This document shows, in pieces, positions 9,810 to 20,252 of a DNA stretch of 64,000 nt. Location of the stretch: positions 704,001 to 768,000 of the forward strand of contig CAWCKW010000012.1 of NCBI GenBank assembly GCA_963796285.1, written 5' to 3'. Position 1 is the first letter of the stretch, and the number at the start of each line of letters is the position of its first letter. The stretch comes from Nitrospirota bacterium. Its GTDB lineage: Bacteria > Nitrospirota > UBA9217. The translations under genes and the position numbers were made by a program. The notes below the pieces were generated by a model, which worked only from the letters and a program-made list of their open reading frames with translations, did not search any database and was not told the origin of the DNA.

Positions 9810-12074
9810 ATGAGCGAACCGCAGGATAACAAAGAAGCCCAACCAGCACTCCCTCAGCAAGCCGAAAATGATATTCCGCTTGATACGCAGCTTTTATCTG
9901 AGGCTGTTATTGAGCTGAATATTTCTCGCAAGAATGTGGGCATCTACCCGCCTGGTCATATCCAAATCGCGAAAAGCATTGAACGTACCTATCAGATCCT
10001 CCAAAAAATGCTCGAGATTCGGGCAGAAATGACCCTCGGAGTGGCCAAGGACACGCTACTGGTCGGACAGGACTATCTTGACCAAAAAAATCCCGTGTAC
10101 CGGGATTTTGCGATTTCAATGAGCCAGCGTGAGATCGCGTCGGTCACGTTTATCCGCGGCCTGGACAAGGACGAGCTCGTTCGGTTTCAACAAATTCTCA
10201 CGACCAGATCGGAAGATATCAGGGGTTCGGGGGGTATCACCAAAGTCATGGCTGAGGTAGATATCCCTCATATCAGGATCCAGTCCATCGATTACGACAG
10301 GTTCCATTTCACCGAGGAACAGGAGATTTTCAAAGCCTCTGCCAAGGCCAAAGGAGATGAACAGTCAGACAACCATGTGTGGCAGGATTTTGTAACGCAC
10401 CTCTCAGCAGGTACTCTCGCCGAACCGGGTCAGGGGGTATCGGCGAAGGACGCGGAGCAGATAAACCCTGCCGAACTCGCACGGCTTCTCAATGAACGAA
10501 AGCTGGATGTGAAATCCGCGGTGGAAAGTTATGACCAGATCATTTCAACATATGTCCGCGGAACGGCAGAAAAAAAACAACTGACGCAGGAGCAATCGAA
10601 GACACTTGTAAGCATGAATGCTCTATTGAAAGATCTTCATCCCGAGCTTAGAAAGCAGTTTCTGTCCGTTGCGTTCAAAAACATTGCAGCGCGAACGGGG
10701 TCTCCCCTTGAGGCGGAAGCGGTGATCGGGGGTTTCACCGACGATATGGTGATCGAGATGCTGGGACAGGCAAGCGCTGAGGGGCGGGAGATATCACCGA
10801 CGCTTGCGGGTCTCATAGGCAAGCTTGCTCAGGCGCATACGGATGCCCCGGCAGTACCACAACGCGATCACAGTACGAAACCGGCAAAAGGATTCTTAGG
10901 CGTCACGTTTCAGGCGGAACACATGCAGAAGCTTTTTGACCGTGAAAAATACGAAGAGTATGTGAGCGATGACTATCAAACGATGCTCAGGCATTTGTCG
11001 GAAGGTCCGTCCGGTGCAGCTGAACCGTTCCCTCTGGAAGAGCATATAAGGTCGATGGAGGACGAACACCTGGACTTTCAGATCGGCAGGGCGCTGCTCG
11101 CTTTTTTGGAAGAGAATATCGATGAGGAGGATTATAAGGAATTCGCTCAAAAAATCGTCGCACTGATGCCCCAATTCCTTGAGACGGGAAATTTCGAGCT
11201 GCTTTGGCGTATTTTGGACGCGCTCCGCCGGCATTCAACGGACAAGCCAATACAGGGCATCAGGGACTGCGCCGAGGAAGCGAAAAAGCTATTTTCTGAT
11301 CCGGAATTTATTGTAAAGGTGCTGAACGCTTTCGACCGATGGATGAGGGAGAAGGGGCAAGAGGCTTCCGGATTGATCCAGGCCCTCGGACCGGATACAA
11401 TACCGGGCCTTATTGATATTTTCTGCAGGGACGATGCGGTTGGCGGAAGGCGTATTCTCTTTAATCTGTTGTGTCTTTTCGGAGATCCGGCCGTGAGCGA
11501 AGCACACAAGAGACTGAGGGACCCGCGGACAGCCACTGTCCGAAATCTGCTTATATTTATCGGACGAGCGGGCAACGCTTCGTCGATCTCTCAGGTAAAA
11601 CCGCTGCTGCGTCATCAGGATCCGATGGTAAGGCTCGAGGCGCTCGGCACGCTTCTGAAATTCAGGGATCCGGGAGCGGTTAATCTGCTTCGGAACGCGA
11701 TCCATGACAAAGATCCGGACTTTGCCTTTCAAGCCGTTATCCTGGCCGGGCAATATCGAATAATGGATGTTACCGGGGATGTCCTGTCGAAGATCAAACG
11801 GGTCATCCTTTTTGAGACGGACTATGCAGAGAATGAGGAGATCATCAGGGTACTCGGGAATATCGGAGACGCTCGAGCGCTATCCGAGTTGGAAAAACTT
11901 GCACGCGCGACGTGGTCGCTCTATCCGCATAGTCTTATGCACATGAAGGAAACGATCTTTAAGTCTCTCGCCCGATATCCTCGCGAGAAAATCGGCGGCC
12001 TGCTCAAAATCGGCGAAAAGCTCAACAGCGACACGATCCAAGAGATATGCAGTCAGCTCATGTTTAAGCAGTAG
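9810..12074 (+). CDS. HEAT-repeat protein with uncharacterised N-terminal domain (copy 1)
   Basis: 754 aa; C-terminal HEAT/PBS-like repeats (LRDPRTATVRN, LLRHQDPMVRLEALGTL); clear paralog of 13911..16178. Confidence 0.8.
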   Translation: MSEPQDNKEAQPALPQQAENDIPLDTQLLSEAVIELNISRKNVGIYPPGHIQIAKSIERTYQILQKMLEIRAEMTLGVAKDTLLVGQDYLDQKNPVYRDFAISMSQREIASVTFIRGLDKDELVRFQQILTTRSEDIRGSGGITKVMAEVDIPHIRIQSIDYDRFHFTEEQEIFKASAKAKGDEQSDNHVWQDFVTHLSAGTLAEPGQGVSAKDAEQINPAELARLLNERKLDVKSAVESYDQIISTYVRGTAEKKQLTQEQSKTLVSMNALLKDLHPELRKQFLSVAFKNIAARTGSPLEAEAVIGGFTDDMVIEMLGQASAEGREISPTLAGLIGKLAQAHTDAPAVPQRDHSTKPAKGFLGVTFQAEHMQKLFDREKYEEYVSDDYQTMLRHLSEGPSGAAEPFPLEEHIRSMEDEHLDFQIGRALLAFLEENIDEEDYKEFAQKIVALMPQFLETGNFELLWRILDALRRHSTDKPIQGIRDCAEEAKKLFSDPEFIVKVLNAFDRWMREKGQEASGLIQALGPDTIPGLIDIFCRDDAVGGRRILFNLLCLFGDPAVSEAHKRLRDPRTATVRNLLIFIGRAGNASSISQVKPLLRHQDPMVRLEALGTLLKFRDPGAVNLLRNAIHDKDPDFAFQAVILAGQYRIMDVTGDVLSKIKRVILFETDYAENEEIIRVLGNIGDARALSELEKLARATWSLYPHSLMHMKETIFKSLARYPREKIGGLLKIGEKLNSDTIQEICSQLMFKQ

Positions 12075-12127
12075 TTTCCCGATGAACGATGTAAACGCTG
12101 TTCACAGTAATACAGACAGGATGGAAT

Positions 12128-13312
12128 ATGGCCGACAATGACATTCATGAAGGTCTATCGCGGGCAATCTCGCAGCTCACTGCCGCTGTCACAAATACAA
12201 GCCTTTACTCACCGGCCCACCCCCAGGTGGCGCAGTATGTCGAAAAAGCACATGCGGTCCTTGCGGAAATCCTTCAGTACAGACCTGAGATCTCGTTGCT
12301 CATCATCGGCAACGATCTCGTCGCAGATAACCGGCAAATGGTTGCTACCGGTTCCGCGTCGTATGTAACGAATTTCATCCGGATCCTGAAAAAACAGGCG
12401 ATCGAGCGCATGACTTTTGTTTCCGGCCTTCCGAAAGAGGAATTGCAGAGCCTAATTCAGGCGCTCGCTTCATCGGATACACTCTCGGTCAGGTCCACGT
12501 CGTTCATCAAGCTCGGCAAGATGGAACTCAGGATCAAGAAGCCCGATGAACAGCAGTCCTCTGACGGGGCTGATGCCTCGTCGAATAGCTCGGATATGTC
12601 CACTGCCGATGTGCCCCACGCGGTGTTTCAGGAGTTGCTCGCATTGACTGCTGACGAACTGGATCTCCTCAAAGATCTTTACCTTCGCGCCAAGCGGCAC
12701 AAAAAGATAGATGTCAGAAGCGTGGACGATATGGTCAAGGGATTCATCAAGGGTTTTCGACAGGAGATCAACCCCTTGAGTCTCCTTGCATCGCTCAAGT
12801 CGGTGAACGAATATACATTTACCCATGTTACGAACGTTTGTATCCTGACCATGAGCCTCGCGGAAAATCTGGGCTTCAAAGGCGAGCATATGCATAAGAT
12901 CGGCGTCGCATCGCTCTTGCACGACATTGGAAAGATATTCATACCGGACGAGATCCTGAGCAAGCCGGGGATGCTCACCCCGGAAGAACGGAGGGTCATT
13001 GAGACCCATACGGAGAAAGGTGCGCGCTATCTGATGGGTATTGAGGGAATCCCGAAGTTATCGGTCCTCGCGGCATTGGAGCATCACCAGAAGTTCGACG
13101 GGAACGGATATCCGTCGATCAGAGGCGGCTGGACCCCGAACATTGTAAGCCAGTTGATCAGCGTTGCTGATGTCTTTGATGCCATGAGGAGCAGAAGGTC
13201 CTATCAGGAGCCGAAGCCTCTGGATCTCATTGAATCGGTACTCATGAAGGGGAAAAACACGTCATTCAATCCGATGGTCGTTGATCGTTTTCTCAAAATG
13301 ATAAAACGGTGA
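12128..13312 (+). CDS. HD-GYP cyclic-dinucleotide phosphodiesterase (copy 1)
   Basis: EYTFTHVTNV, LLHDIGK, EHHQKFDGNGYP, VADVFDAMRSRRSY motifs. Confidence 0.9.
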   Translation: MADNDIHEGLSRAISQLTAAVTNTSLYSPAHPQVAQYVEKAHAVLAEILQYRPEISLLIIGNDLVADNRQMVATGSASYVTNFIRILKKQAIERMTFVSGLPKEELQSLIQALASSDTLSVRSTSFIKLGKMELRIKKPDEQQSSDGADASSNSSDMSTADVPHAVFQELLALTADELDLLKDLYLRAKRHKKIDVRSVDDMVKGFIKGFRQEINPLSLLASLKSVNEYTFTHVTNVCILTMSLAENLGFKGEHMHKIGVASLLHDIGKIFIPDEILSKPGMLTPEERRVIETHTEKGARYLMGIEGIPKLSVLAALEHHQKFDGNGYPSIRGGWTPNIVSQLISVADVFDAMRSRRSYQEPKPLDLIESVLMKGKNTSFNPMVVDRFLKMIKR

Positions 13313-13358
13313 AATGATTTTATCGTCCTCAGTTATTAGTTTGGAATTATGACTGCCG

Positions 13359-13706
13359 TTATCAGGAATACACCAGTTCAGCTTCGACCTGATCATTTTG
13401 TGCATATCTTCCAAAAATGGACTGCGGCGATGCTTCAGCTCGATCGCAACGATCCCCGTTTTCCATGAATCCGTAAACACACACCAGGCATTTGCCTTGA
13501 CCATAGCGGCACCATGCTCGGGCTTGTAAGCCACGCTTAAGTTCGTCCGCACCTTTTGTATCATCCAGCCTGATTTAAGGTTCGCCCACAGGATGGTCTC
13601 CGCTTTGCGTTCATACAATGTATCGGGCCGATGCATGATGATCGTCTGTTGGGCCTGAATGGTCAGAAGCCGTCCTCAAAGAACCGGTAGTCGCGGCGCC
13701 GATCCC
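13359..13706 (-). pseudogene. Degenerate 3' fragment of the 17518..18912 outer-membrane protein gene
   Basis: Nucleotide similarity to 17518-17865; 1-nt deletions near 13430 and 13670; terminal Trp codon changed to TGA; 5' three quarters absent. Confidence 0.85.
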
Positions 13707-13910
13707 ACGGTGCATGACTCTACCAGTTGCTTAAGGGACATTGTCCATAGTTATGATTTATTCTGTCCGGACACAGAGAACAATTTCGTGTTTACGAAAT
13801 GTTGAGATATCCGTACAGTTGCTCATGCTGACCGTTTTGAACTCTTTGCGATTCCATCATAATTAATGAAAAAAACAATTAATCTGTATATAATGTATGA
13901 TGAATAGCAT

Positions 13911-16178
13911 ATGAGCGATCAGCAGGAAAAAAAAGAAAACACTCAGCCATTGCCGCCCCATAGCGCAGAGCGTGAAATCGCGCTCGATATGCGTCTCTTG
14001 TCCGAAGCGGTTATCGAGCTCAATATTTCCCGAAAAAATGTGGGAATATACCCGCCAGGCCATGTCCAGATCACGAAGAGCATTGAGCGTGCTTACCGAA
14101 TCCTCCAGAATTTGTTCGAGATCCGGACGGAAATGACCCTCGGCGTGGCCAAGGACACCCTCCTGGTCGGCCAGGACTACCTTGATCGAAAGAATCCGGT
14201 GTATCGGGATTTTGCGCTTTCCCTGAACCAGCAGGAGATCGCTACGGTCACTTTTCTCAGCGGTCTGGAAAAGGACGAACTCGTGCGGTTTCATCGGATT
14301 CTTACGACCAAGCCGGAAGAGATCAGGGCTTCGGGAGGAATCACCAAGATCATGGCCGAGGCCGGTATCACCCATATCGGAATCCAGTCCGTCGATTACA
14401 ACAGCCTCCATGTCACCGAGGAACAGGAGATTTTCAAGGCCCATCCACACTCTGGGGGAAGGGCTGAGTCAGACAGCGAATTGTGGCAGGATTTTGTAAC
14501 GCATCTCTCAGCAGGCACCCTCGCCGGACCGGATCAGGGAGCATTGTTGAAAGATATGGAGCAGATTGACCCTGCCGAGCTTGCGCGACTTCTCAATGAG
14601 CGCAAGCTGGATGCGAAATCGGCGGTAGAAAGTTATGACCAGATCATTTCAACTTATGTGCGCGGAACGGCAGAAAAAAAGCAACTGACCCACGAGCAAT
14701 CGACCACATTAGCGAAGATGAATACTCTGGTAAAAGATCTTCACCCGGAGCTCAGGAAACAGTTTCTGTCCGTGGCGTTCAAAAACATAGCAACACAAAA
14801 AGGATCTCCTGTTGCGGAGGAAGCGGTGATCGGGGGGTTCACCGACGATATGGTGATCGAGATGCTGGGACAGGCAAGCGCCGAGGGGCGGGAGATATCA
14901 CCGACGCTTGCAGGTCTCGTGGGCAAGCTTGCCAAGGCGCAGAATGATGGCTCGACAGGACAGCGGCATGCTAAAAGCAAGCAACCGACGGAGGTGTCCG
15001 CGGCCCTTGACTTCCAGCCGGAGCAGATGCAAAAGCTGTTTGACCGTGAAAAGTACGAAGAGTATGTGAGCGACGACTATCAAACGATGCTCAAAAATAT
15101 CTCGGAAGGCTCTTCGGCCTCGCCTGAACAGTTTGCTCTGGAAGAGCATTTGGAGTCGGTTGAGGAAGTGCACCTCGATTTTCAGATCGGCAGGGCGCTG
15201 CTCGCTTTTTTGGAAGAAAACATCGAAGAGGAGGATTATAAGGAGTTCGCCCAACAAATAGTTACTACCATGCCCCAATTCCTTGAGACCGGAAATTTCA
15301 GTCTGCTCCGGGATATTTTGGAAACGTTCCGCAGGCATTCGAGGGACAAATCGCCTGAAGGTATACGGGAGATTGCCGAGAAATCGATGAAGTACTTTTT
15401 CAATCCTGAATTTATTGCAAAGGCGCTGAGTGCTTTCGACCGCTGGATGAGGGAAAAGGGGCATGCTGCTTCGGAATTTATCCAGGCCCTTGGACCGGAT
15501 ACGATACCGGGCCTCATGGATATTTTCAGCAAGGATGAATCGGTGGGTGGCAGGCGCATTCTCTTTGATCTGTTGTGCAGCTTCGGGGAGCCGGCGGTGC
15601 TCGAAGCACAGAAAAGACTGAGGGCTCCTCAGGCGTACACTGTCCGGAATCTACTCATTCTTATAGGACGCGCGGGCAGCGCCGCGTCGATCCCCCATGT
15701 GCAACCGCTGCTGCAACATCAGGACCAGATGGTGAAGCTGGAAGCGCTCAGCACGCTTCTGAAATTGAAAGATCCGGGAGCGGTAGATCCGCTTCGGAAA
15801 GCGATCCATGATAAAGATCCGGACTTTGCCTTTAAGGCTGTTGCTCTGGCGGGACAACATCGAATATCGGATGTTACCGGGGATGTCCTGTCGAAGATCA
15901 AACGGGTCGTCCTTTTCGAGACTGATTACGTCGAGAATGAGGAGATCATCTGCGTGCTCGGGAATATCGGAGATGCCCGAGCGCTGCCCGAGTTGGAGAA
16001 GCTCGTACTCGCGACGTGGTCGCTCTATCCGCAAAGTCTTATGCGCATGAAGGAAACGATCTATTCGTCGCTCGCCCGCTATCCGCGGGAGAAGCTTGCC
16101 GGGCTCATAAGGATCGGCGAGAAGCTCAACAGCGACTCGATCCGCCGAACGTGCAGCCGGCTCCTGGAGAGGCGTTAG
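13911..16178 (+). CDS. HEAT-repeat protein (copy 2)
   Basis: 755 aa, colinear with copy 1 and sharing long identical blocks (GGFTDDMVIEMLGQASAEGREISPTLAGL). Confidence 0.8.
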   Translation: MSDQQEKKENTQPLPPHSAEREIALDMRLLSEAVIELNISRKNVGIYPPGHVQITKSIERAYRILQNLFEIRTEMTLGVAKDTLLVGQDYLDRKNPVYRDFALSLNQQEIATVTFLSGLEKDELVRFHRILTTKPEEIRASGGITKIMAEAGITHIGIQSVDYNSLHVTEEQEIFKAHPHSGGRAESDSELWQDFVTHLSAGTLAGPDQGALLKDMEQIDPAELARLLNERKLDAKSAVESYDQIISTYVRGTAEKKQLTHEQSTTLAKMNTLVKDLHPELRKQFLSVAFKNIATQKGSPVAEEAVIGGFTDDMVIEMLGQASAEGREISPTLAGLVGKLAKAQNDGSTGQRHAKSKQPTEVSAALDFQPEQMQKLFDREKYEEYVSDDYQTMLKNISEGSSASPEQFALEEHLESVEEVHLDFQIGRALLAFLEENIEEEDYKEFAQQIVTTMPQFLETGNFSLLRDILETFRRHSRDKSPEGIREIAEKSMKYFFNPEFIAKALSAFDRWMREKGHAASEFIQALGPDTIPGLMDIFSKDESVGGRRILFDLLCSFGEPAVLEAQKRLRAPQAYTVRNLLILIGRAGSAASIPHVQPLLQHQDQMVKLEALSTLLKLKDPGAVDPLRKAIHDKDPDFAFKAVALAGQHRISDVTGDVLSKIKRVVLFETDYVENEEIICVLGNIGDARALPELEKLVLATWSLYPQSLMRMKETIYSSLARYPREKLAGLIRIGEKLNSDSIRRTCSRLLERR

Positions 16179-16231
16179 CTTCCCGGCGGGAAGTTTATTC
16201 TTTGTCCCCCTTAATACATGCAGGATTGGAT

Positions 16232-17416
16232 ATGGTCGACGATAATTTTAAAGAAGGAATATCGAGGGTGATCGCGCAGCTCACCACTGCTGTCACGAAT
16301 ACGTGCCTCTATTCGCCGACCCATCCCCAGGTAGTACGGTATGTCGAAAAAGCGCATGACGTTCTTGCGGAGATCCTTCAGTACAAACCGGAGATCACAC
16401 TGCTCCTGGTCGGCAACGACCTCATTGTGCAAAACCGGCAGCTTAGGGCAACGGGGTCCGAGTCGTATGTAACGAACTTCATCAGGATCCTGAAGAAGCA
16501 AGCGATCGAGCGCATCACCTTTGTCTCGGGACTGCCAAAAGAGGAACTTCAGGGACTTATTCAGGAGCTTGCCTCTTCCAATACGCTCTCGATCCGGTCC
16601 ACCTCGTTCATTAAGCTCGGTAAGGTGGAGCTCAGGGTCAGGACACTAGATGAACAGGGATCCCCTGCCGGAGCCGTGGTCTCTTCGAAAAACGTCTCCG
16701 TATCCGCTCCCAATTTCACCCAGGAGCTGCCGCCGGAGTTGCTTGCACTGACGGCAGAAGAGATCGATCACCTGAAAGATCTTTACCTTGGTGCCAAGCA
16801 CCACAAGAAGATCGATGTCCGCAGCGTGGATGACATGGTCAAGGGTTTTATCCAGAGTTTTCGACAGGAGATGAACCCCTTGAGCATTCTCGCGTCTCTC
16901 AAGTCCGTGAACGAATATACGTTTACCCATGTTACGAACGTTTGTATACTGACCATGAGCCTCGCGGAGAATCTGGGCTTCAAGGGTGAGCACCTGCATA
17001 AGATCGGCGTCGCATCTCTGCTGCACGACGTTGGGAAGATATTCATCCCGGACGAGATCCTGAGCAAGCCGTTAATGCTCACACCGGAAGAGCGGAAGAG
17101 CATTGAGGCGCATACGGTGAGAGGCGCACGATATCTCATGGGTCTTCAGGGAATCCCGAAGCTGGCTGTCCTCGTGGCACTGGAGCACCACCAGAAATTC
17201 AACGGGAAAGGGTATCCTTCCATCAAAGGCGGCTGGACCCCGAACATTGTGAGCCAGTTGATCAGCGTTGCTGACGTCTTCGATGCCATGAGGAGCCGGC
17301 GGTCCTACCAGGAGCCGTTCTCCCTGGAAAAGATCGAGGACGTTCTGACCAAGGAGAAAGGCACGTCCTTTAATCCGATGGTTGTTGATCTTTTTCTCAA
17401 AATGATAAATCGGTGA
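16232..17416 (+). CDS. HD-GYP phosphodiesterase (copy 2)
   Basis: Start set at ATG 16232 by homology with copy 1 (both 394 aa); HDVGK and HHQKFNGKGYP motifs. Confidence 0.9.
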   Translation: MVDDNFKEGISRVIAQLTTAVTNTCLYSPTHPQVVRYVEKAHDVLAEILQYKPEITLLLVGNDLIVQNRQLRATGSESYVTNFIRILKKQAIERITFVSGLPKEELQGLIQELASSNTLSIRSTSFIKLGKVELRVRTLDEQGSPAGAVVSSKNVSVSAPNFTQELPPELLALTAEEIDHLKDLYLGAKHHKKIDVRSVDDMVKGFIQSFRQEMNPLSILASLKSVNEYTFTHVTNVCILTMSLAENLGFKGEHLHKIGVASLLHDVGKIFIPDEILSKPLMLTPEERKSIEAHTVRGARYLMGLQGIPKLAVLVALEHHQKFNGKGYPSIKGGWTPNIVSQLISVADVFDAMRSRRSYQEPFSLEKIEDVLTKEKGTSFNPMVVDLFLKMINR

Positions 17417-17426
17417 AGGGAACGAA

Positions 17427-17468
17427 TTAGTTCTGAGTTTTTAGTTCTTTGTTCTTAGTTTTGAGTTA
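17427..17468. repeat. Heptamer tandem repeat (TTAGTTC/TGAGTTT x6)
   Basis: ttagttc tgagttt ttagttc tttgttc ttagttt tgagtta between convergent genes. Confidence 0.7.
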
Positions 17469-17517
17469 AGAGCACGTACATCTTACTCCCTGCTTAAGAC
17501 TTCCCACTTGACTCTTC

Positions 17518-18912
17518 TTACCAGGAATACACCAGTTCCGCTTCAACCTGATCATTTTGTGCATACCTTCCAAAAATGGACTGCGGCGGTCCATCAAGCT
17601 CGATCGCAAGGATCCCTGCCTTCAATGAATCCGTGAACACATACCAGACACTTGCCTTTACCATGGTGGCGCCATGCTCGGGGTTGTAAGCCACGTTAAG
17701 GTTCGTCTCCACCTTCTGGTTCATCCAGCCTGCTTTAAGGTTTGTCCACAGAATGGTCTCCGCTGTGCGTTCATACAAGGTGTCCGGTCGATCGATGATG
17801 ATCGTCTGCTGGGCTTGCATAGTCAAGAGACCGTCCTCAAAGAGCCGGTAATCGACACCGATCCCGTAGTCGAGTTCGTCGCTTTTGTGTTCGATGGGAT
17901 TCAGGGGGTAAACGCCAGGTGCGAGGACAGTCGGATAGCCCCAGAGCTCGCGACGGATATTATAGTAGCGATCAAGGATAAATGCCGCCTCGGCCCGGAG
18001 ACTCCAGGCGCCCGTTACCGCTGCCGCATCAACGCCGAATGATGTGATCTTGTGAAAATCAGGAGTGTACCCGGGATCGATCAGGACCTCTCCTGGCTGG
18101 GGATCGATTACAAGGGCGGTTGTCTTGAAAACCGGCTTGGGATCAAATCCATGAAAAATATTGAGAGCCCACTCTATCTCTCCGGCATGTCGGGCGCGCA
18201 GGGCTATGCTGCCGTTCCCGATGGTACGCGACGGCAGGTCCGGTTCAGTTGGAACGATCTCGGCATTCGGGATCTGCGAAAGCGCCGCTGCGGCTGATAT
18301 GCCCGACCAGCGTTCATTCGGGAGGGGGAGGCGATAGGGGACGAAGACCGGGACCCAGACCGCATCAAAGGTCCAGTCGCCTTTATTCACGATCGCCGAG
18401 AACGACGGCACGCCGATCTTCCGGTCTTCGAGAGGTTTTACGAGAAATTGAGTGTAGTCCCAGGGATTTAAGAGGTCGTTCGACGGGTATTCGTCAAGCC
18501 TGCCCCAGGCAAAGCGCTGGATGCCGGCCCGTATATCAATGTCACCCGCTGTGTGTGAGAGGTACAATTCCTTGAACTCGAGATAGGGCGTGTTGCTCTG
18601 GTATACTTCATCGTAGTTCTTGAAAAGCTCCTTGTCCTGCGCCGGACGGGTTACGGTCCCGTCCCATCCTCCTTCGAGCCAGGAGTGGAATCGCCAGGAT
18701 GACTGAGACGTGTCGATCTTGATCCTTCCCGTCACGCCTGGTTCTTCCTTGACACTGTCGTTATTCTGCGCCACTGCACCCAACAGGTCCAGTCGGCCTG
18801 AGGTGGAGAAGGAGTCTTCGGCGATGGAAGGGGAGGCGATAAAAAGAATAAGAAATAAGAGAGCAGTTGATTTACGCCGGGAAGTTAATAAATGTTTGGA
18901 TTTCATCTGCAT
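17518..18912 (-). CDS. Putative outer-membrane beta-barrel protein (DUF1302-like)
   Basis: Signal peptide; KELYLS...DIRAGIQRFAWGRLD...DLLNP motif; C-terminal aromatic residue (LVYSW). Confidence 0.65.
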   Translation of the reverse strand: MQMKSKHLLTSRRKSTALLFLILFIASPSIAEDSFSTSGRLDLLGAVAQNNDSVKEEPGVTGRIKIDTSQSSWRFHSWLEGGWDGTVTRPAQDKELFKNYDEVYQSNTPYLEFKELYLSHTAGDIDIRAGIQRFAWGRLDEYPSNDLLNPWDYTQFLVKPLEDRKIGVPSFSAIVNKGDWTFDAVWVPVFVPYRLPLPNERWSGISAAAALSQIPNAEIVPTEPDLPSRTIGNGSIALRARHAGEIEWALNIFHGFDPKPVFKTTALVIDPQPGEVLIDPGYTPDFHKITSFGVDAAAVTGAWSLRAEAAFILDRYYNIRRELWGYPTVLAPGVYPLNPIEHKSDELDYGIGVDYRLFEDGLLTMQAQQTIIIDRPDTLYERTAETILWTNLKAGWMNQKVETNLNVAYNPEHGATMVKASVWYVFTDSLKAGILAIELDGPPQSIFGRYAQNDQVEAELVYSW

Positions 18913-19151
18913 ATTTTGAATGAGTAAATCTCGTTCTGTAGGTTACCTACAATTGTGTGCTTTGGACAAATAGCGACTATTATTGATTACTGAGTGCAAC
19001 AGGCAATGTATAAACATGATACCTGATTAAATAAAATGACAGTTTCAGTCTTTGACGGCTCCCCGGACATGATGAAGGGCAATGGAAAGACATAATCAAA
19101 CTTAATGAGTTAAATGAGGCGCAGGGGCAAACGCACTGTTGGGCGCAACGT

Positions 19152-19565
19152 TCAAATTTTCGGAGTTCCCATGTCAGGCTTCCCTTCATCCAATTCCATT
19201 CGTGCTTTGCGGGCCAGTGTCTCGTATTGACTTCGAAATTGGTCTAATGATTCCTCATCTAACTCTTCCAAATCCAGAAGTGCGTTGTGTGCGCCCTTTG
19301 TTGAACGGATCAACTCATCAAGTTTTACCTGGATGGCTTCCGTGTCGCGGTTTTGGGTGTTCTGGATCAAAAAGACCATCAAGAACGTGATTATCGTTGT
19401 TGCTGTATTGATTATCAGCTGCCATGTATCGCTGAAGTGAAAAAAGGGACCTGTTGCCAGCCATGCAATGATAACACTAACAGCAATGGCAAAACTGAGC
19501 GTTCGCCCTGTAACGCGCGACGCCCATTTTGCGAAGCTCGAAAACCATGTGTTCTTTTTTACCAT
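19152..19565 (-). CDS. Low-affinity iron permease family (Fet4-like) small membrane protein; cassette
   Basis: GPFFHFSDTWQLIINTATTIITFLMVFLIQNTQNRDTEAIQVKLDELI signature; GAGGAGG RBS. Confidence 0.9.
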   Translation of the reverse strand: MVKKNTWFSSFAKWASRVTGRTLSFAIAVSVIIAWLATGPFFHFSDTWQLIINTATTIITFLMVFLIQNTQNRDTEAIQVKLDELIRSTKGAHNALLDLEELDEESLDQFRSQYETLARKARMELDEGKPDMGTPKI

Positions 19566-19623
19566 GGCAAGGCCTCCTCAATATCTATGCGCTCAACGCT
19601 ATAAATTAGCGGTGGTTCTTATT

Positions 19624-20094
19624 TTAATATTCTCCTTTAATTACAAAAAACGAGCCCCGAATTGTTCCAGCTAGTTTAGACTTCTGCCTAGCAAACTTAA
19701 ACTTCCCTTCTAACTCCATTGGTACCTCCATCCCCTCAGAAAGCTTAAAACCAACGGCCCGCTTCTTAGGATCATCAACCGTATACATGACGTTGACCAC
19801 AAGACCATCCTCATAAAAGACATAGGCAAATTTGATATTTTCCACTTGAAAACGCGACGTTTCTAAAGGTTTGGCCGCAAACTCAATATCACGTTCTTCT
19901 TTCAAAATTTGGTTCACATAATCAAGGGTGTCCTGGCTTTCACTATCTGGTACAACCGTAAATTCATGATTGAACTTATTCATAAAGTAACGGGCTTCAT
20001 TAGCACGTAAACCAGCAAGCGCTTCTGCTACAGGTGAAGACTTTAAACCAATAGAAGACACATTTTTAAAATCAACGATATAGGACATTTCCAT
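19624..20094 (-). CDS. Hypothetical protein, low-GC cassette
   Basis: 156-aa ORF with natural composition between cassette core sites; function not recognised. Confidence 0.7.
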   Translation of the reverse strand: MEMSYIVDFKNVSSIGLKSSPVAEALAGLRANEARYFMNKFNHEFTVVPDSESQDTLDYVNQILKEERDIEFAAKPLETSRFQVENIKFAYVFYEDGLVVNVMYTVDDPKKRAVGFKLSEGMEVPMELEGKFKFARQKSKLAGTIRGSFFVIKGEY

Positions 20095-20199
20095 CCCGCC
20101 TTTTATCTCTTTATTTTCCGACCTTTTGATTTGGCGACCGCAACATTAGCTCTTAGCGTTCGCTTTTTTCTTTAGAGAATGCTGGCCACTGAATTTTAT

Positions 20200-20252
20200 G
20201 ACTAACGCTGGAGTTCAGCTGCGAGCGAAGCGAGTCCGCTGCAACGACGGGT
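20200..20252 (-). other. attC recombination site interrupted by a group II intron
   Basis: Top (minus) strand [TCCTA]AC-CCGTC-GTTGCAGC-GGACTCGCTTCGCTCGCA-GCTGAAC-TCCAGC-GTTAGTC: canonical R''-5-L''(8)-loop-L'(7)-6-R', 58 bp when rejoined, with one extra base in L''. Confidence 0.85.

Noticed and set aside
16016-16231. N-terminal extension of HD-GYP copy 2
   Set aside because: Overlaps the HEAT gene; paralog comparison places the start at 16232.
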